From Chiloscyllium plagiosum (Eukaryota): a DNA stretch of 64,000 nucleotides. Under the pieces are notes generated by a model. It was not told the DNA's origin, did not search any database, and saw nothing but the letters and a program-made list of their open reading frames with translations. The stretch is from contig NC_057755.1 of the NCBI RefSeq assembly GCF_004010195.1, positions 149,042 to 213,041 of the forward strand, read 5' to 3'. Shown here piece by piece: positions 1 to 12,251 of the stretch; the stretch's first letter is position 1; each line of letters begins with the position of its first letter. Made by a program: the position numbers and the translations under genes.

Positions 1-102
1 CATCAGAGTCGAGAGTAATGAGTTGGACAAGCACAACAGATTAGGGAGCATTCGAGGAGCATGAGGATCGACGTTTCTGGTATAAGCCATTCTTCAGGAA
101 TG
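1..102 (-). mobile_element. Penelope-like element terminal-repeat fragment with degenerate hammerhead motif
   Basis: The reverse complement reads CATTCCTGAAGAATGGCTTATACCAGAAACGTCGATC. It is homologous to copies at 250-368, 9332-9425, 54830-54920, 55225-55350 and 57625-57750. Confidence 0.7.
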
Positions 103-239
103 GTCTTCAAGACTGCAGGTGATTAGATGTATATAGAGGGCTGAGGGAGTTTACAGAGATGGGAAGAATTGTAGTGTCTGGTGGAGGTTTCAAATACAGG
201 GATGTTTTTTGGAGCTTCTGGACATAGGGGTAATGATGG

Positions 240-885
240 TAAAAATAAGGACTGCAGATGCTGGACACCAGAGTTTAGATTAGAGTGGTGCTGGAAAAGC
301 ACAGCAAGTCAGGCAGCATCCGAGGAGCAGGAAAATCGACGTTGCGGGCAAAAGCCCTTCGTCAGGAGTAAAGGCAGAGTGCCTGCAGAATGGAAAGTGA
401 AATGAGAGGAGGTTGGGTTGGGGAGAAAGTAGCATAGAGTACAATAGGTGAATGGGAGTGGGGATGAAGTTGCTAAGTCAGAGAGGAGGGAAGAGTGGAT
501 AGGTGGAAAGGAAGATAAGCAGCTAGGACAGGTCATGAAGGCGGTGCTGAGCTGGATGTTTGGAGATGGGGTGAAGTGGGGGAAAGGGAAAATGAGGAAA
601 CTAGTGAAATGCACGTTGATGTCATGTGGTTGAATTGTTCCGAGGTGGAAGATAAGGCATTTTTCCTCAAGGCGTCGGGTGGTGAGGGAGCGGCGTTGGA
701 GGAGGCCCAGGATCTGCATGTCCTCGGGAGAGTGCGAGGGGTAGTTCAAATGTTGAACCACAGGGCGGTCGGGTTGATTGGTGCGGGCACCCTAAAGCCT
801 TCCGCTAGGATGCGTCCAGTCTCCACAATGTAGAGGAGACCGCATTGGGAGCAACGGATACAACGAAAGATATTGGTGGAAGTGC
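240..885 (-). mobile_element. Penelope-like retroelement 3' fragment (GIY-YIG endonuclease C-terminus plus terminal repeat)
   Basis: ORF 309-761 contains HLNYPSHSPEDMQILGLL...RRLEEKCLIFHLGTIQPHDIN, a PLE endonuclease C-terminal motif. It is followed by a pyrimidine-rich 3' tract and the hammerhead-type repeat, whose core GAAA is mutated to GCAA. Confidence 0.85.
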
Positions 886-1140
886 ATCATGTGGGATTGT
901 GAGGTTAGAAAACTGCCTATCAGCCTAGACCAGGAGAAGGACTTTGTCAGGGAATTGTGCACCAACACATGCGACGTAGTCTCCAAAATTGGAATTGGGG
1001 ATGACAGCTCCAATTGGATCGGCCTGCTGGGCACCAACAGCATTAGTGCAAGCTCCGTAAATGGGTGGGAATCAGAAAACTTCCCGAACAGTCCCATTGT
1101 CAATTTTCCTGTTTGAGTATTGCCTAGGGGTGACTGAATT
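886..1140 (+). mobile_element. Tx1/L1-clade LINE reverse transcriptase fragment
   Basis: ISLDQEK and NGWESENFP motifs in ORF 889-1116. It is an inverted paralog of 19350-19600. Confidence 0.75.
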
Positions 1141-1231
1141 CAGGTTGTGATTCATTCAGCTGTTTCTTACTCTTAAGTCATTGTATACCCTCTGAAAACT
1201 CAATCCATTTTTGCCAATTTCTGCATCAATT

Positions 1232-2214
1232 AGACCATGAGGCATAGGAGCGGAAGTAAGGCCATTCCGCCATTCAATCATGGCTGATGGGCATTTCAAC
1301 TTCACTTACTCGCATTCTCCCCGTAGCCCTTAATTCCTAGCGACATCAAGTATTTATCAATTTCTGCCTTGAAGACATTTAGCGTCCCAGCCTCCACTGC
1401 ACTCTGTGGCAATGAATTCCACAGGCCCACCACTCTCTGGCTGAAGAAATGTCTCCGTATTTCTGTTCTGAATTTACCCCCTCTGATTCTAAGGCTGTGT
1501 CCATGGGTCGTAGTGTCCTCGCCTAATGGAAAGAATTTCCTAGCGTCCACCCTTTCCAAGCCATGTATTATCTTGTAAGTTTCTATTAGATCTCCCCTTA
1601 ATCTTCTAAACTTCAATGAATACAATCCCAGGATCCTCAGCCCTTCCTCGTATGTTAGACCTACCATTCCAGGGATCATCCGTGTGAATCTCCGCTGGAC
1701 ACTCTTCAGTGCCAGTATGTCCTTCCTGAGGTGTGGGGACCAAAACTGGACACAGTACTCCAAATGGGGCCTAACCAGAGCTTTATAAAGTCTCAGTAGC
1801 ACAACAATGCTTTTATATTCCAACCCCTTTGAGATAATTGACAACATTGCATTCGCTTTATTAATCACGGACTCAAACTGCATGTTTACCTTTAGAGAAT
1901 CCTCAACTAGCATTCCCAGATCCCTCTGTAATTTGGCTTTATGAATTTTCTCACCGTTTAGAAAGTAATCCATGCTTCTATTATTTTTCCTAAAGTGCAA
2001 GACCTCGCATTTTCTCAGACTGAATTCCATCAACCATTTCCTGGACCACTCCTCCAAACTGTCTAGATCCTTCTGCAGCGTCCCCACTTCCTCAGTACTA
2101 CCTGCCTGTCCACCTAACTTTGTATCGTCGGCAAACTTCGCTAGAATGCCCCCAGTCCCTTCATCCAGATCATTGATATATAATGTGAACAGCTATAATG
2201 TGATATATAATGTA
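1232..2214 (-). mobile_element. 5'-truncated CR1/HER1-like LINE, relatively young
   Basis: 261-aa open ORF 1302-2087 contains LYKALVRPHLEYCVQFWSP and RRLRGDLIETYKI. It is flanked by AATT at 1228-1231 and 2215-2218, and an empty paralogous site lies near 19255-19265. Confidence 0.95.
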
Positions 2215-3520
2215 AATTCCTTGATGTTCTCTTTATTTAGATTTCGGGCTCTGGTTTCAAATTCAATTTCGTCATTTTCCATCTGAATGAACAAATTGAG
2301 CATTTTACAATCATTCTTCCCAAATACAATAATAGTGTGACGTAAATTTATCTCATTGTGCCCGCAACGCTTGATGAAAATAAAACCAATTACTTCATGC
2401 ATGCATCGGTGCTCTTTTGTCAATCCAATTCTGCAAGATACAATAAATTAGTCCTTTTAAAGTGCATCGTGACGTGTGGATATTTGGCGGCTGTGAACAG
2501 TTCAAGATATTGATATATTCTTTCAGCCTGTTTCTGAACAAATATCTCGCACACCTTAATGAAGAAAATCTTTTTTAAAAGTTCGATTTCAAACTGAAGT
2601 GCCTCACTTTACGCATGTTTTATTGAGAAACTCTCGAACCTCAAAAAGTAATGCGATGTTGAGAACTCTGTCACTAAATCTGTGAGGCACGGGATGAAAT
2701 TGTTTGAAGCCGAACGCTAGGATTCAGTAGCACAACATCTTAAGAGATCCAGAATGTGATTTTGTTGTTTTACACTTTCACTCCCAGATTGTCTACTTCC
2801 CGTTGCCAGAGTCATTTCCATCCGAACTCAGTTTGATCCCACAGACCAAACGCTCTGACTGGTCTGATTAATTATTCCCCAACGACATGTTTCCCCAGCT
2901 CGGTAGCAATCCCCATCCAATTAAACAAAACAAACACAACGTATTCAGGCAGCCCCAGCCTAAGAAACATTTCCAATAATTGAGACGTCCCAAACCCTTC
3001 ATTCTGGAACCAATGTTAGTAGCCACATGAGCACTCAGAATCACCCATGCCCGATTTGCTAATTTCTACTTTCATAAACTCTTTTTTTTACTCCTGCAAA
3101 TGATTGTCATAGCTGGACCTTATCGGATATGCAATCCCAGATTGGGGCTGTTAGTCTGTGCCATTCAGGGAGACCTGGCGGATTCTAAACTTTGAATGTC
3201 AATGATATTGAGACACTGAATACCTGACTCAGTGAGAGCCTACTGTCGAAAGCCATGCATATGTAATAAGTGGTTATTAATGATAGGATGCCGGACTCTG
3301 AATGGTTGTTGCCAGTGTGGACCAGGACATCCGGCTCTTCCTTTTCCACAGTTTCCTGCTCCCACCCCTGTTCCACCCGCCGTGAAAATGTGTTGATTTT
3401 TTTCTGTGACGTTCTGGACCGTCGTCACTGCTGCGGCAAGACACCATCCTGGTCCCTGTTAAGTCAGGACTGATGATTCTGAAAGATTCAGTCATTTTAG
3501 CTTTGTCCATTGCTGCTAAT
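2215..3520 (-). mobile_element. Ancient CR1 remnant (ORF1 esterase to ORF2 start), inverted copy of the GPCR-unit upstream block
   Basis: Peptide remnants EEPDVLVHTGNN and MENDEIEFETRARNLNK. Reverse-complement homology to 16885-19350 and 44670-45960. Confidence 0.65.
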
Positions 3521-3659
3521 TGATGTTAAACCAGAAACAAACTGTCGTTATAATTAGGGGAAATAAAATTTTAAAAAATTGTTGTGTTGGGAGGCCATGT
3601 CCATTCGAGTGTAGCATCGATTGATCAGAATGATAGATAGACACCAAGGGCTGAATGAC

Positions 3660-4110
3660 GATGAAGTAAAATCATCCATCCCCACCAAGTACAATCAGAA
3701 AGGGGATAGAGACGACTGATGACCGATATCATTGCTGAGTATAGAATAAAAATCCTGTCTAAGGTCATCGCCAACCAGATAATGCCTGATTTGTAATCAG
3801 TGATTTACCCGAATAAACCTTATCTGTACCTGTCAGGATGATCCTGAGTGCCTCACACACCTTTGCGATACGATAGCCTATGTGCAGCACAGGGGAAGAT
3901 GGAAGCCTGCCTCACCAGCCAGGACCAGGATGCCGTCTATCACTCACCTACGGTGTGCGATGTGTTCTCTAAAATTGGCTTTGGAAAGGGAAAACGCGAA
4001 TCAGCACAATTGCTCTACAGTAACGTCATTGGTGCAGCCTCAATCAAACGTTGAGAATCAGAAAGCTTCCTGATCAAATTCGGAGTCCAATTCTCACCTT
4101 TCTTGTTCTG
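3660..4110 (+). mobile_element. Tx1/L1-clade LINE reverse transcriptase fragment, degraded
   Basis: Translates across frameshifts to KILSKVIANQ...LRDTIAYVQHRG...ACLTSQDQD. Confidence 0.75.
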
Positions 4111-5012
4111 CTGTTGACCAGGAGGCACCTGAATAATGGTTGTCATTCATTCAGGCGTTTCTTCCTCTTTAGCCAATATTTTTTCACTGAGAACATCTTT
4201 ACTTAGGTTCATCAATAATCATTGTACAATTACACATCAATTCATTATTTCATATTCAAGACACGAGTTTTTGACTCAATTTCTTCAATCTTCACCTTTG
4301 TAAACAATTTATGAGCACCCATCCCCAATACAGATTGTTAAATCTTGATATTGAATTGTGTCATTAAGTTTTTCCATAGATAATCGAATGTCGGATAACA
4401 TATTTCAGCCAAGCACTGGGGCGTTGTGATCTTGCCAGATAATCCAATATTTGGATAATCTGTGAAGACCCATTGGTCCAGATAAACCCATCACTCGCAG
4501 CCAATCCGTCACTTCTAATCACGCTTAGCCTCGTTCCATCTGACCCTACCCCTGGCAGTCAACTCTTCCCCCTTTATCTGCTGTCCCTTTTTCACCTCTT
4601 TCAATGTTTCTGAAGGTGGAGGTGGATAGATTCCTATTCAGCTTGGCGGGAGGTAATCATTATCAAGGACAAGCAGGAATGTGGAAAATACTTTCGAATT
4701 GGACGACCCATGATTTTCTGGAATAGCAGGCTGTCCAAACACGAAGGTGTGGATGGCCTCCTGCTGTTCATTGTCTGTGCGTCCCCGCGTGTGTCAATCC
4801 GTCAGCCAACCAAGGATAGCAGCGTGTGCCTGAGAGTGGTGAATGGTGACCCATTCTGTTTCCCTATTTCCCATCCACCGTTGGATGTTATACCCAGATC
4901 CATGTGATTGTGTTGATGAAATCCTGGCCATACATATGCAAGCCCTGCACTGGAACACTGCAGCTGCCTTTGGACTTCACTCAGTTGTCTTGTTGAGTCA
5001 TTAAACGAAGAT

Positions 5013-5963
5013 TTACGTGAACAGTTTGTGCACCGCATTCCCGAACATCTGTCTGAACCTAGGCAGAGTCGCTGCACAGATTACTGTATTCGTTCTGCAG
5101 TTGAAATCCTTGCGCATTTCTTCAGTGTATGTTAAAATGATGAGAGGACTCTACTTCCAACAATCTGTTCGTTTAAAGTTATTGTAGAAGATATTAGCAG
5201 CGTGCACTACTCCACATAAATAAGAAGCAGATGGATATGCTGTAGATTGAAATCACCAACTTTCTCCGGCTCTCCATCTCGGCGTCTTTTTGGCTAACTC
5301 CTTTCTTTGACCTCCTCAGGTTCTTGCGGGCTAGACACAGCACAAAAATATACCTGACGGTCAGAATGTTCATCAACTGAATTAACACGAATGGCATCAA
5401 AGGGATGTCGACGGCACCACAGAACGTTGTCTATTATCCTCCTTGGTTTAAACCAAACATAGAAGGGATTTTTTTTTAAACAGAGCAGGATGCCATTTGC
5501 AACCAGAGCCACAGCAAGACTTTCTCTGTCCAATGACTTTCTCTTCATTTTCAGGCAATAAATAACTATAAAATGATCAAAGCAGAAAAGGACAGTGAAC
5601 CACATGGAACAGTCCAAAACTGCAAAAGCCAAGATAAAGATAGCACTGTACACAGGAGTGATGTCCAGGAAACAGCCTGGTAGGTAAACTTAGGCAAAAG
5701 TGAGAACTGAAGATGCTTGAAGCCAGAGTGTAGATCAGAGTGGTGCTGGAAAAGCATAGCAGGTCTTTGCCCAAAAGATCGATTTTCCTGCTCCTGAGAT
5801 GCTGTCTGACCTGCTGTGCTAAGTATTTATCTGAGTTGCCACAGTATTATCTTAGTGAGAATGAACATCAGATCCGACGTTGTCATAGCCAACAAGCAGT
5901 GCGTTGTGCAGTTAGAGATGCCACAATTACCAAATGCAAAGACCAAAATCACCAGCAAATTAA
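5013..5963 (-). pseudogene. GPR139/GPR142-like GPCR pseudogene, exon 2
   Basis: Acceptor tctttcag|TTAAT at 5963. Fragments NLLVIL...CLLAMTTSDL, DCSMWFTVLFCFDHF and MESRRKLVISIYSIS. Has an in-frame stop after WQLR, frameshifts, an ECL2-TM5 deletion and a Penelope insertion. The terminal stop at 5013-5015 aligns with the intact paralog. Confidence 0.92.
5688..5820. mobile_element. Penelope terminal-repeat insertion with internal inversion inside the GPCR pseudo-exon
   Basis: The first half matches the repeat in minus orientation (GTGGTGCTGGAAAAGCATAGCAGGTC) and the second half in plus orientation (GATTTTCCTGCTCC...GACCTGCTGTGCT). It is absent from the paralog at about 26790. Confidence 0.8.
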
Positions 5964-6129
5964 CTGAAAGAGACAGGGGGCAACATTCAAAGTGAGAATT
6001 AATGAGCAATGTTTATCCACGTCGGTACAGCGAGCAATGGAAGATCTTAGAACTGAATTGTGTCAGCTGGAAGGGTTCAGTGTCGAGTTTGAACAGGACA
6101 GCTCCAATGACCTGACCCGTTTTGAAGCT

Positions 6130-6450
6130 TCTCCCTCCTGGCTTTAACTACGTGTGGGCAGGCAACCAACATATGGGAGACGGGCCATAAATTTTAAGTT
6201 GAGAGGGAAGAGGTTTACAGTGGATCTAAGGAAAAGGTTTTCGCCGAGAGAGCGTTGGGCCCTGGTAATGCAGTGCCTGGAAGGGTCGTGGAAGCAGGAA
6301 ACCTCACAAATTTTAAAAACTACCTGAATGAACATTTGAAGCGTCATAACATTGGACAATATGAGACTACTGCAGGAGGCTGGGAGGAGTAGACATTTCG
6401 TATCGTTTTGATAGCGCAAACTGGATGCAATTAAGGATCATTTTCTGTAC
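6130..6450 (+). mobile_element. Degraded CR1 3' fragment
   Basis: GGCCATAAATTTTAAGTTGAGAGG and TTTTCGCCGAGAGAGCG resemble the CR1 GH..K...F.QRV C-terminal region. Confidence 0.6.
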
Positions 6451-6457
6451 AGTCTGA

Positions 6458-6600
6458 AAAAGAATCAGAAATAACGGGCAAAGCCCAACAGTTAGCAGCA
6501 TCTGTGGGAAGAGAAACAGATTTAGTGGAATCACTGTTCATTAGAACTTCTTCATCTGAATATATGTCACTGAACTCAAAATATCATCTCAGGTTTTTCC
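6458..6600. mobile_element. Degenerate Penelope-type repeat in inverted pair; paralogous copies at 27350-27510 and 60110-60260
   Basis: GCAGCATCTGTGGGAAGAGAAACAGA...TTCATTAGAAC followed by an opposite-orientation remnant. It sits at the same intronic position in three units. Confidence 0.55.
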
Positions 6601-6729
6601 TGTAAAAGGCCCTTTAATTGCAACCAAAACACAGGGATTCATTTCCAACAGGGAACTGATATTTAACGTTTTGATATTCACCAACGATGGAACAGTTGTT
6701 TAACTGGTCTTCATGTACTGGGCATAGTT

Positions 6730-9330
6730 AGAATCATAGAGATGCACAACACAGAAACAGCCCTTAAGCTCAAATTGTCCATGCTGTCCACATATCCGAA
6801 ATTAATGTAATCCATTTGCCTCCATATTCCTCTAAACCTATTCTGTTAATTTACTCATCCAGATACTTATTAAATGTTGTAATTGCACCAGCCACCATCG
6901 CTTCCTCTGACAGTTCATTCCACATACACACCAATCTTTGCATGAAAAGGTTGCCCCTTATTACCCTTTTAAAGTTTCCTCCTCTCAGCCTAAACCTATC
7001 TGCTCTAGTTTTGGTCTCCCACAAACCTGGGGGAAAACTTGTCTACTTACCCTGCCCATGTCCTTTATGATCTGATAATCTTTCACAAGGTCACCGCTCC
7101 ACCTCCGACACTCCAAGGAGATAGGCCCCAGCCTATTCAGCCTCGTCCTGTAGCTCAAGTACTCCAACACTGGCAAAGTCCTTGTATTTACTTTCTGAAA
7201 CCTTTCAAGTTTCAAGATATTCTTCGTTTTGAAGGGAGACCAGAATTGGACATGGTATACCAAAAGCGGCCGAACCAATGTCCTGCACAGACATAACGTA
7301 GTCGCCCAATTCCAGTACTCAAGGCTCTGACTAATAAACAGACGTATATCAAACGTCTTCTTCACCATCCAACCTACCTGAGACTTATTTTCAAGGAACT
7401 ATGAACCTGCACTCCAATGTCGCTTTGTTCACCAACGCTGCCCAGAACCTTAACATTAGCTGTATATGTCCTGCTGCGATTTGCCTTTCCAAAATGCAGC
7501 ACTTCATGATCACCTTAATTAAACTCTATCTGACGCTGCTTGGCCAATTGGCCCATTAGATGGAGATCTCGTTGTACACTAAGGGAACCTTCTTCGCTAC
7601 CTTCTCCAACTCTAATTTTCTTGTCATCTACAAACTTGCTAACTTTGTCTCCCATGTTCATATTCAAATCATGAAAATGAATGAGGGGAAACTGTATATC
7701 CAGCACCGATCCTTGTGGCACATCACTGGTCTCAGGCCTTCAGTCTGAAAAAAAAACAACCCTCCACCACTACCCCCTGTCTTCTACCTTCGAGCCATTC
7801 CTTCCCAAAGGCTTGTACTCCCTGATTTCAATGTGATGTAACCTTGTTCGCTACTCTTCGGCGAGGAATCTGGTTGACGACCTTCCTGAATTTCATAAAG
7901 ATCATGTCCACCGTTCTGCCTTCATAACGTCTTCACAAAACAAAATCAAGCTTGTGAGACACGATTTCCCACGCACAAGGCCAAGTTGATTATCCTTAAT
8001 CAGTCCTTGCCAATCCAAATGCATGCAAATTCTGTCCCTGAGGATTCCCTGCAACAGCTTCCCAACCACGACGTCAGACTCAGCAATCCATAGTTCTCTG
8101 ACTTTTCCTTACCAACTTTCTCAAATCGTGGCACCACCAGAAACAACCACCAGGCTTCCAGCATCTCAGTTGTGACCAAGGATGATACAAATGTCTCAAG
8201 AAGAGGCCCAGCAATCACTTGACTTACTTCCAAAAGAGATCTCGGTACGTCTGATCATATTCTGGGGATTTATCCAACTTCATACATTTTAAGACATGCA
8301 GAACTGCAACTTCTGTAATATGGACATTTTTAACATGTCTCTATTTATTTCCCCAAAATCTGCATCTCCATATCTTTCTACGCAGTAAATAATGATGCAA
8401 AAAATACTCAATTAATACTTACCCTTCCTGTGCAGTTCCATTAATAGGCTGCCTTGCTGGTCTTTGAGGGGTCCCTTTTTCTCCTTAGTTATGATATTGT
8501 CCTTAATGTATTTATGAAACCTCATTGGTTTCGACTTAACTCTATTTGCCAAAGTAATCTCATGTCTCCTTATTTCCTTCTTAAGTATACTCCATTATAC
8601 TCCGAAGTATTCACTCTCTCTCTCTGCTGTCTATCTCTATCATTTGCCTCCTTTTTCTTAGCAAAACCTAATTTTTTTTCGGGATCCAACGTTCCTTATA
8701 CCTATCATCCTTGCCTTTCACCTGAACAGGAACGTATTGTCTCTGAACTCTAATTGACTCACTTTTCAAGGCTTCCCATTCTGTACCTGTCGCTTTACCT
8801 GTGAATATCTGCCCACTACCACCACTATCCCACCCACCCACCCCGCACTTTTGATAGTTCTTTGCATTTACTATCAAAATTGGCTTTCCTGTAATTTAGA
8901 ACTTCAACTTTTAGATCTGGTATATCCTTTTTCATCAGTGTATTAAAACTAATACAATTATTGTCGCTGGATCCAAAAGTGCTTCCGCACTCAGACCTCA
9001 GTCACTTGCCCTGCCTTATTTCCTAAGAGTTTGTCAAGGTTTGTGCCTTCTCCAGTAAGTACATCCAATTCTTGCTCACACTCAACAAGTGCCTCTCCAT
9101 CTAGACCCTCACCACGATGGACGTCTATGTCTCTGTTTGGAAAGAAAAAATTCCCTACCATTACCACCTTATCATCATTTCAGATCAGTGAGACCGCCTT
9201 ACAATTTTTTTTCCCTTAAAGGTCCCACTGTCTATTGGGGAGTCAGCACTACAATCGCAATTACGGGCTCAGCCCTTTCTTATTTCTCAGTTCAGCCCAC
9301 GTAACTTTCCTAAATGTATTCCGAGGAATA
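6730..9330 (-). mobile_element. CR1 LINE, ancestral intronic copy of the GPCR unit (ORF2 part; 5' end resumes at about 10050)
   Basis: TLVRPLLVYHVQFWSP and MPQGSVL...KFVDD motifs. Same flank (ACAGGGATT...CATAGTTAGA) as 27540-27630 and 60285-60390. Confidence 0.9.
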
Positions 9331-9331
9331 A

Positions 9332-10025
9332 AGTCGAGAGAGTAGTGCCCATAAAGCACAATAGTCAGGCAGCATCAGAGGAGCAGGAGAATGGAAGCTT
9401 GGGGAAAAATACCTTCATCAAGAATGAGGCTGGGAGCCTCAGGGTGTGACAGAGATATATGGAGGGGGTGGGTCCCGGAGTAAGGTAGCTGAGAGTGCGA
9501 TACGTGGATGAAAGTGGGGGTTAAAGTGACAGGTCAGAGAGGACGGTGGGGAGAATAGGTGCGAAGGAAGATGGACAGGTAGGTCAGGTCATGAGGGTAG
9601 TGCTGAGCTGGAAGGTTGGAACTGAGGTAAGATGGGACTGGGGAAAATGTGTAAACTGGTGAAATTCACATTGATGCCCTGGGGTTGGATAGTCACAAGG
9701 CAGAAGACGAATCGTTCTTCCTCCAGGCGTCGGGTGGTAAGGGAGTTGGGATGGAGGAGTCCCAGGACCTGCATGTCCTCGGCAGAGTGGGAGGAGTAGT
9801 TGAAGCATTCGAACGCGGGATGTGGTGATGATGCAGGTGTCCCAAAGATATTCTCTGAAGCGCTGTGGCGAATCGTCATCCAGTCTGACCAATGCAGTGG
9901 AGATCGCATCAGGAACAATGGATACAGTTAATGCCATGTGTGGAAGGGCAGCTGAAACTTTGATGGATGTGGAAGGTTCCTTTGGGGTCTTGGACAGAGA
10001 TGGGGAAGGAGGTGTGAACACAGAT
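9332..10025 (-). mobile_element. Penelope-like retroelement 3' fragment with GIY-YIG region
   Basis: TFHIHQSFSCPSTHGINCIHC...CIGQTG...RFREYL and FNYSSHSAEDMQVLGLL...RRLEEERFVFCLVTIQPQGIN. Confidence 0.85.
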
Positions 10026-11320
10026 CTTGCAATTGAGGTTAGCGCAAAAGAGGAGCAACCTTTCTAAACACAATCTCCACCGCCCCCACCCTCCACATAG
10101 AATTACCGAGAACCTTCTGGTCAGCATAAGACAAAAATGCTGAGTTGTAGCACTTGAAAAGATTTTATTATTATACAGATAATTTTAACAGAGTTGAGAA
10201 AGGTTTGTTTCATCACTGAAGGCACAAACTGGGGTTCTGTTTACTCACTGAATCCCTCATAGTTTGTTTTGAAAAGTGAACAATTCCTTTTCAAATTTGG
10301 CAAATGTTCTAATTTTGCTTGAACATTCCATTAGCAAATAAGGCAAAATGCAAATAGGGAAATGCGACTTTTTTATTGCAATCTCTGCATTATCTAACTC
10401 AAATAGTCTTGGAATGGCTTTGTAAATATTTTATGAATAAAGTACATAGTGCAAAACAAAACAGTCCTGCAATTACTGAATGTGACAGATCCAATCCATT
10501 GTATAATAAAATATAGTATGATAAAAATCCGGCCTCTCTGACTGTGTGTGGTTTTCTGGTTATGTCAGGGGCAATTGACATTTAAAATAGTAGTACGAAT
10601 ACTCAGCAGTTCCTAGACAGTACATGATTTCACAATACTTCTTTTAAAAAAAATAATCTTTATGTTGTAATGAGAATAATTTAACAAGGTTAGCAATATT
10701 ATTCCACGACATGAAAAATTGATTTATGCATTGTAAAAATGATGAAGCTACAAGCAATTCTTCATTAAACAACTGGAAAGTAGACGCAGCCCATACTGTT
10801 GCAGTGGTCAAAACGAATAACACAGAAAAAAGTCTATTTTACCACCAAGTAAATTCACTTTAACAGTCCTCACTCTTTCTATAATCCCACAGAAATGCAC
10901 AGAGGTTAAAAAAGAGTCTTCATCAACTGATTAAATTAGCTACCTGCTCTGATCCCACTTTCCAGCACCTGGTCCACCGCATTGAGAGTTTCTACACTTC
11001 ACTTGCAGATTCCTTTTAAATGAATTAAGGTTGTTCACCTCAAGCCATCATCAAAACTTGGCAGTAAATTCCAGTCGCACCATCATATTCTGAATGAAAA
11101 AGTAGGCCTCAGTGCCTCAATAATCCTCCCATCAGTTTTTTTCACGCTGAGCTTCCTGGTAAATCGTCCTACATTCGGGAAGACAAGTCTCCATCCAAGA
11201 TCCTGCTTATTTTCTACATCCCAATCATGTCAAATCTCATTCACCTATGTTTATTGAAAAAGACTCTACCCTATCCATCTTTCCTCAATGTTGCACTAAT
11301 TTCCTCACAATGCCAACATT

Positions 11321-12251
11321 NNNNNNNNNNNNNNNNNNNNNNNNNNNNNNNNNNNNNNNNNNNNNNNNNNNNNNNNNNNNNNNNNNNNNNNNNNNNNNNN
11401 NNNNNNNNNNNNNNNNNNNNNNNNNNNNNNNNNNNNNNNNNNNNNNNNNNNNNNNNNNNNNNNNNNNNNNNNNNNNNNNNNNNNNNNNNNNNNNNNNNNN
11501 NNNNNNNNNNNNNNNNNNNNNNNNNNNNNNNNNNNNNNNNNNNNNNNNNNNNNNNNNNNNNNNNNNNNNNNNNNNNNNNNNNNNNNNNNNNNNNNNNNNN
11601 NNNNNNNNNNNNNNNNNNNNNNNNNNNNNNNNNNNNNNNNNNNNNNNNNNNNNNNNNNNNNNNNNNNNNNNNNNNNNNNNNNNNNNNNNNNNNNNNNNNN
11701 NNNNNNNNNNNNNNNNNNNNNNNNNNNNNNNNNNNNNNNNNNNNNNNNNNNNNNNNNNNNNNNNNNNNNNNNNNNNNNNNNNNNNNNNNNNNNNNNNNNN
11801 NNNNNNNNNNNNNNNNNNNNNNNNNNNNNNNNNNNNNNNNNNNNNNNNNNNNNNNNNNNNNNNNNNNNNNNNNNNNNNNNNNNNNNNNNNNNNNNNNNNN
11901 NNNNNNNNNNNNNNNNNNNNNNNNNNNNNNNNNNNNNNNNNNNNNNNNNNNNNNNNNNNNNNNNNNNNNNNNNNNNNNNNNNNNNNNNNNNNNNNNNNNN
12001 NNNNNNNNNNNNNNNNNNNNNNNNNNNNNNNNNNNNNNNNNNNNNNNNNNNNNNNNNNNNNNNNNNNNNNNNNNNNNNNNNNNNNNNNNNNNNNNNNNNN
12101 NNNNNNNNNNNNNNNNNNNNNNNNNNNNNNNNNNNNNNNNNNNNNNNNNNNNNNNNNNNNNNNNNNNNNNNNNNNNNNNNNNNNNNNNNNNNNNNNNNNN
12201 NNNNNNNNNNNNNNNNNNNNNNNNNNNNNNNNNNNNNNNNNNNNNNNNNNN
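11321..12251. other. Assembly gap (931 N)
   Basis: Run of N. Confidence 1.

Noticed and set aside
1302..2087. 261-aa ORF as a host gene
   Set aside because: It is the C-terminus of CR1 ORF2 in a 5'-truncated insertion.
2215..3520. Three-copy conserved block as a novel gene or enhancer
   Set aside because: Its peptide remnants match CR1 ORF1 esterase and ORF2, and the conservation is explained by segmental duplication.
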